The notes under the pieces were generated by a model. That model made no database searches and was not told the DNA's origin. It worked only from the letters and a program-made list of their open reading frames with translations. Made by a program: the position numbers and the translations under genes. Shown here in pieces: positions 13,216 through 28,775 of a stretch of DNA of 64,000 bases. Positions within the stretch are counted from its first letter, which is position 1, and each line of letters starts with the position of its first letter. Origin of the DNA: the human T2T-CHM13v2.0 reference genome, Homo sapiens; assembly GCF_009914755.1 (NCBI RefSeq), contig NC_060928.1. One strand, 5' to 3'.

Positions 13216-13375
13216 CGGTCCCGTCATTCTTATTGCCTTGTCTTATTCCACCTTGCTATACCCACCATTTGCTTATTTGTTAATATCGCACGTATTCCAC
13301 AAAACATAAGAGAATCCCCAAATTCAATCTTCCCAGGTAATATCTGTCATTCTTCAGCTGAAAGATCGAAAAGGT

Positions 13376-13766
13376 TTCATGGGCTGAATGGTAAAATTCA
13401 TTTGCTGAAGCTCTAACACCCAGCAGCTCAGAATGTAAGTGTGTTTGCAGATAGGGCCTTTAAAGAGATGATTAGGTTAAAGTGAGCTCAGTAGGGTGGA
13501 CTCTAATCTAACTTTACTGTCGTTATTATAAGAAGAGGAGATTAGGACACAAGGAGAGACACCGGGGATGTCTGCACATAGAAGAAAGGCCACATGAAGA
13601 TACTACGAGTAGGAAGCCATCTGCAAGCCAAGGAGAGAGGCCTCAGAAGAAACCAAACCTGCTGGCACCTTGATCTTGGACTTCCAGAACGGTGCAAAAT
13701 AAACTTCTGTTGTGAAGCCTCCAAGTCTGTAGTATTTTGCTATGGCAGCCCTAGAAAATGCATACA
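13376..13766 (+). mobile_element. MLT1B-type LTR
   Basis: gatagggcctttaaagagatgattaggttaaa...tttgctatggcagccctagaaaatgcataca. Confidence 0.85.
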
Positions 13767-13768
13767 AG

Positions 13769-14037
13769 AGCTGAGTGCAGTGGCTCACTAACCCTTTGGA
13801 AGCTCAAGGTGGGAGGACTGCTTGAAACCAGGAGTTTGAGATCAGCCTGAGAAACAAACTAAGACCATGTCTCTACCCAAGTTTTTTTAAATTAGCTAGG
13901 TGTGATGGCACACATCTGTAGTCCCAGCTACTCAGGAGGCTAAGGCGGGAGGATTGCTGGAACCCAGGAGTCTGAGGCGTAGAGAGCTATGATCATGCCA
14001 CTGCACTCCAGCCTGGGTGGCAGAGTGAGACAGTAAG
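13769..14037 (+). mobile_element. AluJ-type
   Basis: Diverged dimeric Alu. Confidence 0.9.
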
Positions 14038-14039
14038 AC

Positions 14040-14168
14040 AGTGAGACAGACAGACAGACAGACAAAGGGAAGGAAGGAAGGAAGGAAGGGTGGGAGGGAA
14101 GGAGGGAAAGAAAGAGATAAAGAAAAAGAGAAAGAGAGAGAGAGAAAGAAAGAAAAAGAAAGAAAAAG
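14040..14168. repeat. Compound (GACA)n/(GGAA)n/(GA)n microsatellite
   Basis: Direct reading. Confidence 0.9.
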
Positions 14169-15065
<897 letters not shown>

Positions 15066-15413
15066 CTAATATAAAGCTTAAGAGTCTTTAGGTCACTATG
15101 GGAAAGTAGAAACCAAAGTTGCAATCCCTTCCTTCCAGAGAGGAGGGGAGATAATACCTGTGTCAATATAGGAGGCCTTGGGGATGACAACTTTGGCCAG
15201 GAGTAGAAGCATTTTCTCAGAGAATGGCTCCCTACGCTGACCCTCACAAATACTCACTGGGTTAAGCCTCCCATTATACCTCCATAGCAACCTAACTCAA
15301 TCCTTCCAACACCAACACACTTAGAATTCATTGTTAGGTCTCTCACTGAACAACAAATTCCACGAGGCCTGGGACCAAAAAATCCTGTGTCGGGGGTCAA
15401 GATGAAGCCAGTA

Positions 15414-15415
<2 letters not shown>

Positions 15416-15443
<28 letters not shown>
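15416..15443. repeat. (CA)n microsatellite
   Basis: About 14 CA units. Confidence 0.95.
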
Positions 15444-15448
<5 letters not shown>

Positions 15449-16554
15449 GCCAATTATTGACAACAGGCATCCTTTCCAATTGGTCCAGGTCAGTCCTGCA
15501 TGATCACTATCCATGCCATCTAGTTGTGAAGAATTTTGAAAGACTTTCAGAGACTAGCACAGGTCCCAAAAAACAGTAGGTGTCTGATAATATCTGCTGA
15601 TTGATGGATTTGTTGCTTAGGTCTCAGGATGGTAAAGGGAAGAATAGATTATTCGCCAGTTGACTATTAACCAACTGCTGCAATATGCCAGGTCCCTGGG
15701 CTAGGTGCTAGGTAACAAGCATGAGTAAAATGCAGCCCCATGACCTCAATGAACTGACAGCAATAGTCCAAAAGGAGTAAACGGAGGATGTAAAACCTCT
15801 GGGACCCAGGGGCAAGAGCGGGAAGCCAGCTGAGGAAAGATATGGTTGCATAAAGAATCTCATGCTGCTGGGATAGAGACAAGATACTTGATACAGGCAA
15901 CATGATGCCTGAGGTCAGGTGCATTTTCTCCAGGCCGTGAGAGACAAAGGGAAGTTGCCCTTGCTCAAATCTGTTTCTTTGGACCCCCTTGTCCTTGGGC
16001 TTGCAGTGACTGATCATCCTGGAAATAATGAAAAGATCTGTCATGTTCTGGCTCATTTAAAGCTTAAAAAGGGTCACATAGCACAGAAACAACGCCCCAC
16101 GAAGGATCAAGCAAATTGAGCAGAGATCCAGTGGACACTGAAAGAACACAGGCCACAAATCCAGTTGCCTTAGTAAAGAAGCCCTTCCTCAGCCTATGAT
16201 ACGATCATTTTTAAAAAGCCACAGAAAAATGAAGGCAATTGGACAAGAAAGCAACATTTAGCTTAATTAGCTCCATCTTAGGAAAGGGTCTTGGAAAAAA
16301 CTATGGAGAAAATGTGCAGGGGCAAAAGACGGGATCATGAGGAGACCATCCTGGATCATACATAAGGACTGTATCTAAACCCAGGAGCTTGAGAATTTCT
16401 TGGTTCTGCAGTGTCTCATCCATAAACTGTTTGAGGTCCATGTAAATAACGCAAATGTCTGCAAACCCTACGTGCTTTATCTATTTTACTCTACTGCAAG
16501 ACAGAAAACCCTGGAGCCAGAGACAGGAGAGCGCCTGACCCCTTGGACTGTTCA

Positions 16555-16920
<366 letters not shown>

Positions 16921-18014
16921 TTAAATTCCTACCACCTTGTACCCATCCAAAAGAGCTGAGATCACCAAAAGGACTTAGAGTATATATGAGAATCTAAGAG
17001 CTCTCTCAACTTAGAAAACATATTGCCTAGACTTCATTAGAATCAAGAGACACTTACAGGCTAAGATTTCTATCCCAATTTTAAATAATTATTTCCTCCC
17101 TAATCAGAGAAGTATTTTATTTTAATGTAATGTTTTTTAAAAAATAAGAACTAAAACCAGAGCAAACACCAGTTTATATGTTCCCCTCAAACATTTTTCT
17201 GATTGAATCTCCCCTTCTCTTTTCAGCCTGTGACAGAATGACACTTTCCTTATACCTTAATCGAATGTTTCTGTTATAAAGCCAATGAATGTGAACAGGC
17301 CAAGCTCCTGAACATGTCAAGAAGCAATGAGAACTCAGTGGAAAATGGCCCATAGAAAAGTTTTATGAGCTGCAAATGTTACATTTCATCCTACAATGGA
17401 ATCTGCCTCCCTTCACAATCCTCCAGGGTTCCAGCCCACCCCCAGGCACCTTTATTTCTCACAGAACCCCTGACGCTCAGTAATCCAGCAGAACAGTTAA
17501 AGAAACCGTGAGCACTTTCTTGAGGTTCTTGGTGTGTTTTGATTTGGGTTATTTTGCCTTGTTTTGTTTTACTTTCCTGGTCACTGATTCTTGTGAAGTC
17601 TTAGGAGCCAAAAATCTCCCCAACCCCTCCCTTTCTTGAAGTCAAGAAAATTAATGAAAAACAGTCATGCATGGGAATACTCCATTATGAAGAAGGAAAA
17701 CTCAGTGCAAACATATCATTTGAAGGGGCTTGCAGGTGGACCTGCAAGGGTCAAAGCCACACAAAACCAAAGAGTAAGGTCAAGTTCTAAAATATTTGTA
17801 TTCCACTGACTGCAATGAAGGCTAATGTGTGCCCTAATTAAATTGCTAAATACTTCATATCTGTAATGAGCTTAGGGAAAGGAATCTATTGTTTCATTTT
17901 AGTATTCAGTTTTAAGAAAGTTTTTATTTAATCCAGCTTTACCAATTCTACTGATTTGGGGCACGACAAAACCTCTATTTAGAAAAATGGTTAGCTAAAT
18001 CTTTATGAGAGGCA

Positions 18015-18250
18015 GCATCATATGGTATTGAGGACATACACTTTAAAATCAAACCGCTCTATATGCACATCTTGTGGCCTGTCACCCATTTTGTAACCTG
18101 GTGTAAGATGCTTAGTCACTCTGAGCCACAGGTGCCTTGCTACCAGATGGGAATAGTAATATCTAATTTGCAGTGTTGTTATAAGAGTCAAATAAATAGT
18201 ACTTCTGAGGTGTACAGCACTGGACAGAGAAGACTCTTGATTAATGTTAG
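18015..18250 (+). mobile_element. MIR
   Basis: ctctgagccacaggtgccttgctaccagatgggaatagtaat. Confidence 0.7.
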
Positions 18251-18252
18251 GA

Positions 18253-18330
18253 ATGATGGTCATCGACGATGACAATGATGATGAAGGTGGTGATGATGAA
18301 GATGAAGATGAGGATGGTGATGTTGATGGA
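18253..18330. repeat. Degenerate (GAT)n trinucleotide repeat
   Basis: gatgacaatgatgatgaaggtggtgatgatgaagatgaagatgag. Confidence 0.8.
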
Positions 18331-20099
18331 AGAGGATCAAGGCCAACGTTGCGTCTCCACAAGCTACTGATTTCCATCTTTGAGTGTTGAGCACTGATCA
18401 GCTATTACTCATCTGTAGACTCCTACTCTGCAGATCATCCTCAGCCCATAGAGTTAAAAAACAACACCTGAGTGCCAAACATCCACCAATTCTAGGCCAG
18501 AGACAGGAAAGAACAAAGGTTCAAAGGTAGAGATTTGACACACACGTATACACGCACACATACATGAGAACCCCACCTCCAATAAATCCATCTTCTCAGG
18601 GCAATAACTCCCCAGTATGATGCATTCATCAATCAAAGCGTCTATCGTGGGTTCACGCCACAGACCTGTCTACACCACAGAGGTGGCATTACAGACTTGG
18701 GCTCCCATCTTGCTTTAGCCCAGGTGCTTACTGGGACCTGATATTGTCTGTGATTTCTCACAAGCCTGAGACATGGAAAACTGACACAATACAGTATCGT
18801 AAAAATGAATCTTTGTCACCTGATCATTTTCATGTTAACAACTGGAAACAAGACTGGGGCTCTTTTTAAACATGAGATTTAATAGGGGATGGGAGACTGA
18901 AGACGGGGTGAGCTTTTCTATGAGGCATGGTGGTAATAAATGTCACCAAGTGGGAAATATTCTAGCCCTATTTCTAGGAACCAGAGGCAGCAGCTCAAGG
19001 CAGAAAAATGACAATAATTATATTACTCAGAAGCCGACAGCATGTATAAATCTGATGTATTAAGCCCTGCTTGTGGATTTGCTTTCCAAATCTTATTCTG
19101 GCAGTTCCTTCCTGGGAGCTGAAGTCCCCTATTTCTGCCTAGAGACCTAAGGTAAATTCTGCCTTTGCAAAGAGTAACTACTATTAGACTTTTTCTTTCT
19201 TTATCTTTTGTTTAGGCAGTGCGAAGTCCCATAATCTTTTCATTTCTACCTGGTGAATTACCAGTCACAGGAAGGAGGAGGGCAGATGAGCGCTTGGGTC
19301 AGAGTCCCTCTGCTTCACTTGGCCATTGTATGGGGGATTTCTCCCAGCTCCCTCCCAGACGAGTCAGACTTGAACCTGAGCTTACATAATAAACCTCTGA
19401 AAACCACTGCTCAAGCAGTTTCCAAGTGACTAAGCTGCCGTCCTCAGTCAAGCTGGATTTAAGACTTCATCAGGAGATCATGCTGGTATATATGTGTCTC
19501 TAGAAAAATACATTCAAAATTCATCACACTGAAGGAAGGGATTGGATGTGTCAGGACAAAGCTCAGTTTTAGGGTGCAAATGCTGGAGAGATATGAAGGA
19601 CTTTTAAAGCCACATGCTTTCCAAATACAAAGGCAAATGAGAAACATTCCTTTTAGTGGCAAATTTTACACTTTGGAGTGAATTTTGAACGTCTGGATCT
19701 GGTATCAATCAAAGCATTAGAATATAAGATTCTATATTTGAAGGGTCTCAGTGTTTGCAAGTCTTAAGCCTTAACAACTAAAAAAAAAAAATTATTAACA
19801 GGGACCTTCTCTGCTCAGAGGAATGCTCTGATAATTACTACCATCTGCCTTTCCAAGCTGAAAGCCGGTAACTGGGCAGGCAGGGGCTGGTAGGGGGAAG
19901 AGCAGTGGAGAGCCCAGACAGAAGAGAGGCCTGGGATGGGGAAGTGGGGGCAGGCCCATCCCTCCCCACTTGAGGATCTGCCCCTCTCAAAGACCTGGTA
20001 CAACTCACCAACATCCCAAAAAGGTATGAAAACATTCATAAACTTGAGGGAACACAGACTAGAATAAGTGAATCAAGATGAGTAAATTGTGAAACAGGT

Positions 20100-20403
20100 C
20101 CGGGTTAGGCCATTCTTTTCTGGCCATAAAGGAATACCTGAGACTGGATAATTTATTCTGGGGAGGCCTCAGGGAACTTTTACTCATGGCAAAAAGCAAA
20201 GTAGGAGTGGGCAAGTCACATGGTAAAAGCAGGAGCAAGGGGAGATGTCACAGATCTCATGAGAACTCACTCACTAACACAAGGACAGCACCAATCCATA
20301 AAGGATCTGCCCCATGACCCAGACCCCTCTCACCAGGCCCCACCTCCAATACTGGGGATTGCATCTCAACATGAGATTTGGAGCAGACATGCAAACTATG
20401 TCA
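20100..20403 (-). mobile_element. MST-type LTR with internal deletion
   Basis: ataaaggaatacctgagactgg...catgagatttgg...caaactatgtca. Confidence 0.8.
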
Positions 20404-20897
20404 ATGTCCAATTCCATTTATTCTGAAGTGGTGGTAATATCACAACTCCCACAAAATTGAGATCAAAAATAAACATAAAGCATGTTATAGAGGGATCTAT
20501 CTCCATAAGTACACACGTGTACTTAACATACATGTGAGGGAGGTACATTTAATCTCCACCCCTTATGTCTCCATAGAGGGGAGAGAACTTCCACTGTTCC
20601 TATCCAATGTGGAAATTGCAAGAGGGTTATTGTGACCTTCTTTCTCCTCCCTCACCATCTGGTCCAGAAGATAAGGAGAAATGACTTATCCGATTGGAGA
20701 GTTTGGAGACAGAGGGAGGACTGAGTATGTCCAGCAGGGCCTCTGTGAAGGGGCTGTGCCTAAGATACAGGAGAACTCTCACATTCTCTGCTCATCCAAT
20801 GAGGGTGAGCTTCTGAGACCCGCTCTTCTCCTGCAAGCAGGAGGCCAGATGTTGAGCAGACTGCAGACAGGACATTCAGTCCAAGAAAGAGTACTGA

Positions 20898-21195
20898 GGC
20901 CAGGCATGGTGACTCATGCCTGCAATCTCAACACTTTGGGAGGCTGAGGCCAGCCAATCACCTGAGCCCAGGAGTTTGAGACCAGCCTGGGCAACATGGT
21001 GAAACCCCATTTCTACAAAAAATACAAAAATTAGCCAGGCATGGTGGCACATACCTGTAGACCCAGCTACTCGGGAAGCTGAGGTAGGAGAATCACCTGG
21101 GCCCAGGGAAGGTTGAGGCTGCAGTGAGCCATGATCATGCCACTGCACTCCACCCTGGGTGACAGAGTGAGACCCTGTCTCAAAAGAAAAAAAAG
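20898..21195 (+). mobile_element. AluJ-type
   Basis: gagcccaggagtttgagaccagcctgggcaac, gttgaggctgcagtgagccatgatc. Confidence 0.94.
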
Positions 21196-21289
21196 AAGGA
21201 GTGGTGCAAAGTTCTTTGTGGCCACACATCTAGGTATCATTACCTAATCTAACTTATACTGAAATAAAGCAGAAATGTTTGTTTGCTAG

Positions 21290-21852
21290 CTTTCCTTTTC
21301 TTTCCTTATTCTATGTAATTGTGGTAAAATATACATAAAATAAAATTTGCTATTTCAACCACTTCTAACTGTAGAGTTCAGTGGCATTAAGTGTCTTCGC
21401 ATTATTGTGCAGCCGTCACTACCATCCATCTCCAGAGCTTCTCATCTTGCCAGCTGAAATTCATACCCATCAAACAATCACTCCCCATTCTGCCCTCTCC
21501 CACCCTCTGGTAGCCACCATCCTACTTTGTCTCTATAAATTTAACTACTCTAGATGCCTCCTATAAGCGGACATATGTGTCCTTTTGTGTGTCCGTTTGT
21601 GACTGGCTTATTTCATTTAGCATAATGTCCACAAGGTTCATCCATGTTGTAGCACATGTCGAAATTTCCTTCAAGACTGAATAATATTCCATTATACGTA
21701 TAGACCACATTTTGTTTATTTACTCATCTGTCAATGGACACTCAAATAGCCTCCACCTTTTGGCTACTATGAATAATGCTGCTGTGTGCAAATATCTTCT
21801 TGAGTCCCTGTTTTCAATTCTTTGGGGTGAATACTCAGAAGTGGAATTTCTA
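21290..21852 (-). mobile_element. L1MB-type 3' end
   Basis: gtggtaaaatatacataa...gactggcttatttcatttagcataatgtcc...cagaagtggaatt. Confidence 0.88.
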
Positions 21853-22688
21853 GCTCTATCTTTCTGACTCCTCCATTCATCTCTCAAACGATCCTTATCT
21901 CAGGACTGGAGAAGAGTGTTATTTATGACTTTCTGAACCCCCAAGAGACAGAGCCGACATGTCTAATTCTGCATGTTGGGCCCTACCCAAAGGCTCCCTG
22001 GGGCCAGAAGTGGAGAGACTATAAAACCACCCATGTTCCTTCCCTCCATGCACCTGACCCAAAGGTGCCCTGGCTGTGGCCCTGCCCACAGAACTCATGT
22101 CCTTCCATGTTTCTAACGCACATCTCAGACCAATCATCTCTATTCCCAAAGGCCTTTGTCCTTTACTCCAGTGTTTCTTTGGAAGAATTCTATGTCTTCC
22201 GCCTCTCTTGATCCTAGTTTCTTCCAAGGGTTCCTGTGGTCATTTGTGCACAGACAAATGAGACTACACCTTCTCAAACAAGATCTTCCCCTTCCTATGT
22301 AAAATTACCCATGTAGACCAGGCAATTTGTCTTTGAGAAAAATGTTCAACTACTCCAATCATACAAAAACATGGTGCTAAAATCCCATAAGCAGGGAATG
22401 CAAGTATTCTACAGGAATTATTATCCCTTAATACTTTTTTAGGATCAAAAGGGTCATTTGCTTGTGTAGCTGAAAGTCGTTTAAAAATACCAACACATGT
22501 GCTTCCCATCAGAGACAGCAAGCGTTCTTATTGGTCTGCATTTTCCAGTAGGGAAGCCAGGGAGCTTCTGCAACTCTGCTGGGCTTTGCGTGTTTGCCAA
22601 GATGACTAAGTGCATCAATAGAATTACATTAAAAACATGAAGATTAATAACAGCAAAAATACTCTCTTATCCTATAGTAATAAAGAAG

Positions 22689-23203
22689 TGTAATAGTTTT
22701 TATTGCTGCTATAACAAGTTACCACAAATTTCATGATTTAAACAACAAATGTTTGACGTTAACAGTTCTGTAGGTTAGAAGTCCAACACAGGTCCCACTG
22801 AACTAAAATCAAGATGTTGGCAGGGTTGCATCTCCACTAGGGGGTAAAGGGGAGAGTCCATTTCTTTGCCTTTTCCAGCTTCCAGAGGATACAAGCATGT
22901 TTTGGTTTATGGCCCCTTCCTCCATCTTTGAAGCCAGCAATGTTGCATCTCTCTCATCATTCTTCCCTAAGCAATTTCCCTCTGACTCTCTTCTTCTTCC
23001 CCCCTCTTCTACTGATAAAGACCTTTGTGATTACATTGGGCCCACCCAGAAAATCCAGAATAATCTATTTTAAGGTCAGATGAATAGCAACCTTAATCCC
23101 ATCTACAACTTTAATTTCCCTCTGTCATATAACCTAAGAGATTCACACCTTTCAGGAATTAGGACATGGACATCTTCAGGGGATCATTATTCTGCCTACC
23201 ACA
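22689..23203 (-). mobile_element. MLT1D-type LTR
   Basis: ttgctgctataacaagttaccacaaatt...attattctgcctaccaca. Confidence 0.88.
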
Positions 23204-23624
23204 GACAGGAAACATAAAAGAATAAAACAGGCCAGACCCAAGCCCAGAAGGAAATGCTAATTTTTATGTGAAATCAGCTGGTTCTTAAACGTCAGCAACT
23301 AAATCAAGTTGAAAACAAAATAAATACTGTCCAAGTCAAACAAAACTCCTCTGGAGGCCACGTTTACAGTTTAAAATCTCTACATTATGGTACAAGAAGG
23401 TAATTTCTTTTTTCGCCACCAAGATCCCCAGTGTGATTTCTCCTACTTAGACCCCAGGTTTTGATGGATTCAAAGGGATAAATAAATGCTATTTATTAAG
23501 TAATAATTCATTTCCCAAAGTTTTATTTTAAAAGGCATAGGTTAGCATCTATTCCCCCAGGAATAGCATAAAATAGAGCTTATTAATAATAAAAGCCAAG
23601 ATACGTACAACTTATATTAATAAC

Positions 23625-23880
23625 TAATAATAAAAGCCAGTGTGAATTGAGCACTTATTAAATGCCAGATTCTACGCTAAGTGTTTTCTATGCACTAATT
23701 CATTCAATTCTCACAACAGTTCTATGAAATCAGAACCATCATTTCTCCCATTTTATAGATGAGAAAACTCAGGCTCAAAGAGCTATGTCCCCAATGTTGC
23801 ACAGACAGCAAATGGCCAAGCCATAATGCAAACCTAGGCCTGATATGAGAAGCCAATTTTTTAACCATTATGTTATCCTG
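23625..23880 (-). mobile_element. MIR
   Basis: cccattttatagatgagaaaactcaggctcaaagag. Confidence 0.85.
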
Positions 23881-24216
23881 CCAATACATTCCTATCAAAA
23901 TAAAATAGATGTCATATTTTCACGTGTATGTGCCACCTAATGGTGGGTGATGAGGGACGTGAATCTCTTTACGGTGTTTAGAAAAACATGGTTTTGTGCT
24001 TCCTTTGGTGACCCCAGATGACCATCCAGGAGTGGGATTTGAAATAATTCAAGCAATTGAGGAGTGATACAGAAATCCTCTTCTATCGGATGAAGAAATC
24101 ATCATGATACTCTGGAAAATTATTATTTCAAAGCATCAAAATGCATAGTTGATTGGGATTTACACACAGGAGACCCCAACCATGCAAAAAGTCCTGGAAA
24201 AACAATTCTATTTTCT

Positions 24217-25500
<1,284 letters not shown>

Positions 25501-26116
25501 TGTTTTCTGGGATACTTTCCACACAACTGGAACTTCAAAATTGAACAATGGCTACTGTACCCCAATGCAATTACTGGGTACCTCCCTTGTTGGGGTGAGA
25601 TCCTGAAAGCCTGTTATTGTCATTTCCTAGAGCCATTGCTCTCCCACTCTCAATCAATCTTCCTTATCAGACTACCATTCCATTTCAGTTTTCCTTCTTG
25701 TTCATGGGCAGGTGAACTTAGGCCTCTGGCCATTGTGACTTTTCATACAACCCTTGGTTTGCCTCCATTATTCAATGAGAAAATAGGTTTTGTTTTAACA
25801 CTGGGCAAGCATCTGGAGTACCAGAAACCTGTCTGCAGAAAAGCAGCAGCAATATGAGGTCTCCTAACCTCACATAACATGTTTAAGGCAGGTAAATATA
25901 TCCCATTTATCTTAAAGTCTCATCACCTAGCATGGTGCCTACAATTTAGTGCTTTAAAAAGGGAAGGAAGAAGGAGAAAGGGAGAGAAGGAGGAGGAGAG
26001 AGTACAAAAAAACCCACTATATTAATAGGTGTATCTTAAGTTCAGAGTGGCAGAATAAATGCACACAGACACTACTTGGGTAAACCAAATAAAATTTCTT
26101 ATCTCAAAGGTACAGA

Positions 26117-26424
26117 GTTGGGAGTGGTCATTCAGGCTTGTAATTCCAGGACTTTGGGAGGCCAAGGCAGGAGGATTGCTTGAGTCCAGGAGTTTGAGAC
26201 CAGCCTGGGCAACATAGCAGGACCCCATTTTCACAAAAAAAAAAAAAAAAAACTACTAGTAGGGTATAGTGGGATGTGCCTGTGGTTCCAGCTACTTGGG
26301 AGGCTGAGATGGGAGGACGGCTTGAGCCCAGGAGGCTGAAACTAAAGTGAGCCACGATTGCACCACTGCTCTCAGCCTGGGCAACTGAGTGAGACCCCGT
26401 CTCAACCAATAATGTTAAAAATTA
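26117..26424 (+). mobile_element. AluJ-type
   Basis: Diverged Alu; TSD aaaggtacagag at 26106 and 26425. Confidence 0.92.
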
Positions 26425-26889
26425 AAGGTACAGAGGAAAGGCAGCTGCATCAGCACTCACTAAAAAGAGATCACCAACACTTTTCAGGAAGATGCCCTTG
26501 TCCTAGAACCCAGGCCTTAACCAGCCAGCTCCCTGTTACTAAGTCATCCATTGCTAGGGAAGTCTGACCCAGCCATGCAGCTGCCCCTGCCCCAGACTGG
26601 AGCAGTTCTAGATGTCTCCTCACTGCACCAGGAGCAGGTGCACCTCATCAGTCTTAAAGCACATTGTGATAAAGCAATATACATTATGATTGAAAATATG
26701 GTACGATGTTGTATAGTCAAACATGAGCATGGTCATTAATCATCCTCAGTCCCCCAGGCTAATGCGGCCTGGCCTAGTTGTTACACTTTCCGAATTTAGA
26801 GCTAAGGAACTAAAACAAAGTTCAGCCACACAGATGTTTCTGGAAATCATGTTCAAGGCTGAACATGAGCCAACCCTGAAGACAAATGA

Positions 26890-26990
26890 CAGGGAAAAAA
26901 AAAGAAGGAGGAAGAAATGAAGGAAGGGAGGGAGAGAAGGAGGAAGAGGAAGAGGAAGGAAGGAAAGGAAGGAAGGAAGGAAGGAAGGAT
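26890..26990. repeat. (GGAA)n/(GAG)n polypurine tract
   Basis: Direct reading. Confidence 0.9.
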
Positions 26991-27029
26991 AACCAGATAT
27001 CTCAAGTATCTTACTCCAGAAATAAGATG

Positions 27030-27362
27030 GAGAATGTAGTGTGCACTCATACCCAAGTTTCCTCTCGTTCAAGCTTACAGAAGGATTATTCTTCCTTACT
27101 ATCTTTGTAATTAGGTGGGATCATGTGACAAGTTTGGTTTAAACCCTTCATGTTCTCTTCCCCTGCTGAGATGACCACATGGAACTCAGAGGCTTTGTGA
27201 TGAGATGGACATGCCATGATTTTGACAGTTTGTCCTGGAAAGGTGCTCAGAATCTCAACCCCCAGAATTCAATGAGCAGGAAATATACTTTAGTTAATTA
27301 CACCACTGAGATTTCGGGGGTGTTATATTAATGCAGCATCACTCATGTTAACCTGATTCATA
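27030..27362 (+). mobile_element. Old MLT1 LTR fragment
   Basis: tttgtaattaggtgggatcatgtgac...ccactgagatttcgggggtgtt. Confidence 0.55.
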
Positions 27363-27494
27363 TAGGAAATTAAAGGCAAAGCTTGCCAAAACCAATTTAC
27401 AAGAGAATTATTTAAAATTTTATAAAGCAAAGTTGCACAGTGGCTGAGATCTAATCATAGGCTCAATAAATACTTGCTCAATATTGTAAGAATG

Positions 27495-27795
<301 letters not shown>

Positions 27796-28249
27796 TTAAG
27801 AATGGTTTTTCTCAATGACTAATTAATAGCATGCCTCGGCTCCTATGCAAAATATGTTTCCCTGGGCTCTCCAATTTGCATCTTCCATCTTCCTTTGTCT
27901 CAGAGAGTGTTTGGGAGGACCCTGTGAGATGATACAATCTTTCAATAGTATCAGTCAGTAAATGCTAGCTGTTAGTGTTTCTTTTGTTTTTGTTATTCCT
28001 CTAAACTCCACTCTTAAATTTTATCAATTTCTCTCCCTTGCCCAAAGCCATTTCTTCTCCTCTCTACATCCAAATCTCATCCCCCTTTGCAACCAGCTCA
28101 AGTTTTACCTTCTCAAAATTTGACTATTTCATTTAGCTTGATCTCTCCAATGAAAATAACGAATACACTGAGTCAATACCACCCAACTCAATCAATTGGG
28201 TGTTTTTTTATTTTTTAATGTGTAAAGTGAGCAGTGGTTCTCCCCATCA

Positions 28250-28775
28250 ACATTTCTCTATCATCTGGGAAATATTCTACTTTTCTTTCAGTGAACAGTT
28301 ACTGCCCCCAATGCCAACCCCTTTGGTCAGTGGATCATAGAAGCTTGAGCCCCCAGCCACAGAGGTGGGTATTGTATCCATTCTGAACAGGTCTTAGTAC
28401 TTTAACCTGATCGAGCATAGTGATTGGCCCAAGAACTAGCCACATGACCCATGCCTAGCCAACTAGAATTCTTATCCTGGTTTTCTCAAATTGGAGTTGG
28501 GGTAAGAGTCCTTTCTTCTCAGGCTACTCTGGGAAGATGTGAGTCTGGAAGCTACTAATCATTTCTGTCTCTCCTCCAGAGAAGGCCAGACACCATAAGG
28601 ACACTGAGGCTGACATTCAGAAAAAAGTCAAGCCCAAGGAAGACAAGTCCCTGGCTTCAGTTTTCGCAAGTCATACCCTCTCTTCCCACCTCCCCAAGAA
28701 AATTAATTTCCCCTTTTACCTAAACTACTTTAAGTAGAATTTCATCATTTGCAAATAACAATCCCAAATAATTCA
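28250..28775 (+). mobile_element. Old ERVL LTR (LTR16-like)
   Basis: tgattggcccaag...cacatgacccatgcctagccaactaga...tttcatcatttgcaa. Confidence 0.5.

Noticed and set aside
15667-16119. 129-aa ORF in non-repeat-looking sequence
   Set aside because: No recognisable domain, partly L2-like; length compatible with chance
18018-18377. Ser-rich 119-aa ORF and acidic D/E-like plus-strand tract
   Set aside because: Degenerate (GAT)n next to a MIR; no splice or homology support
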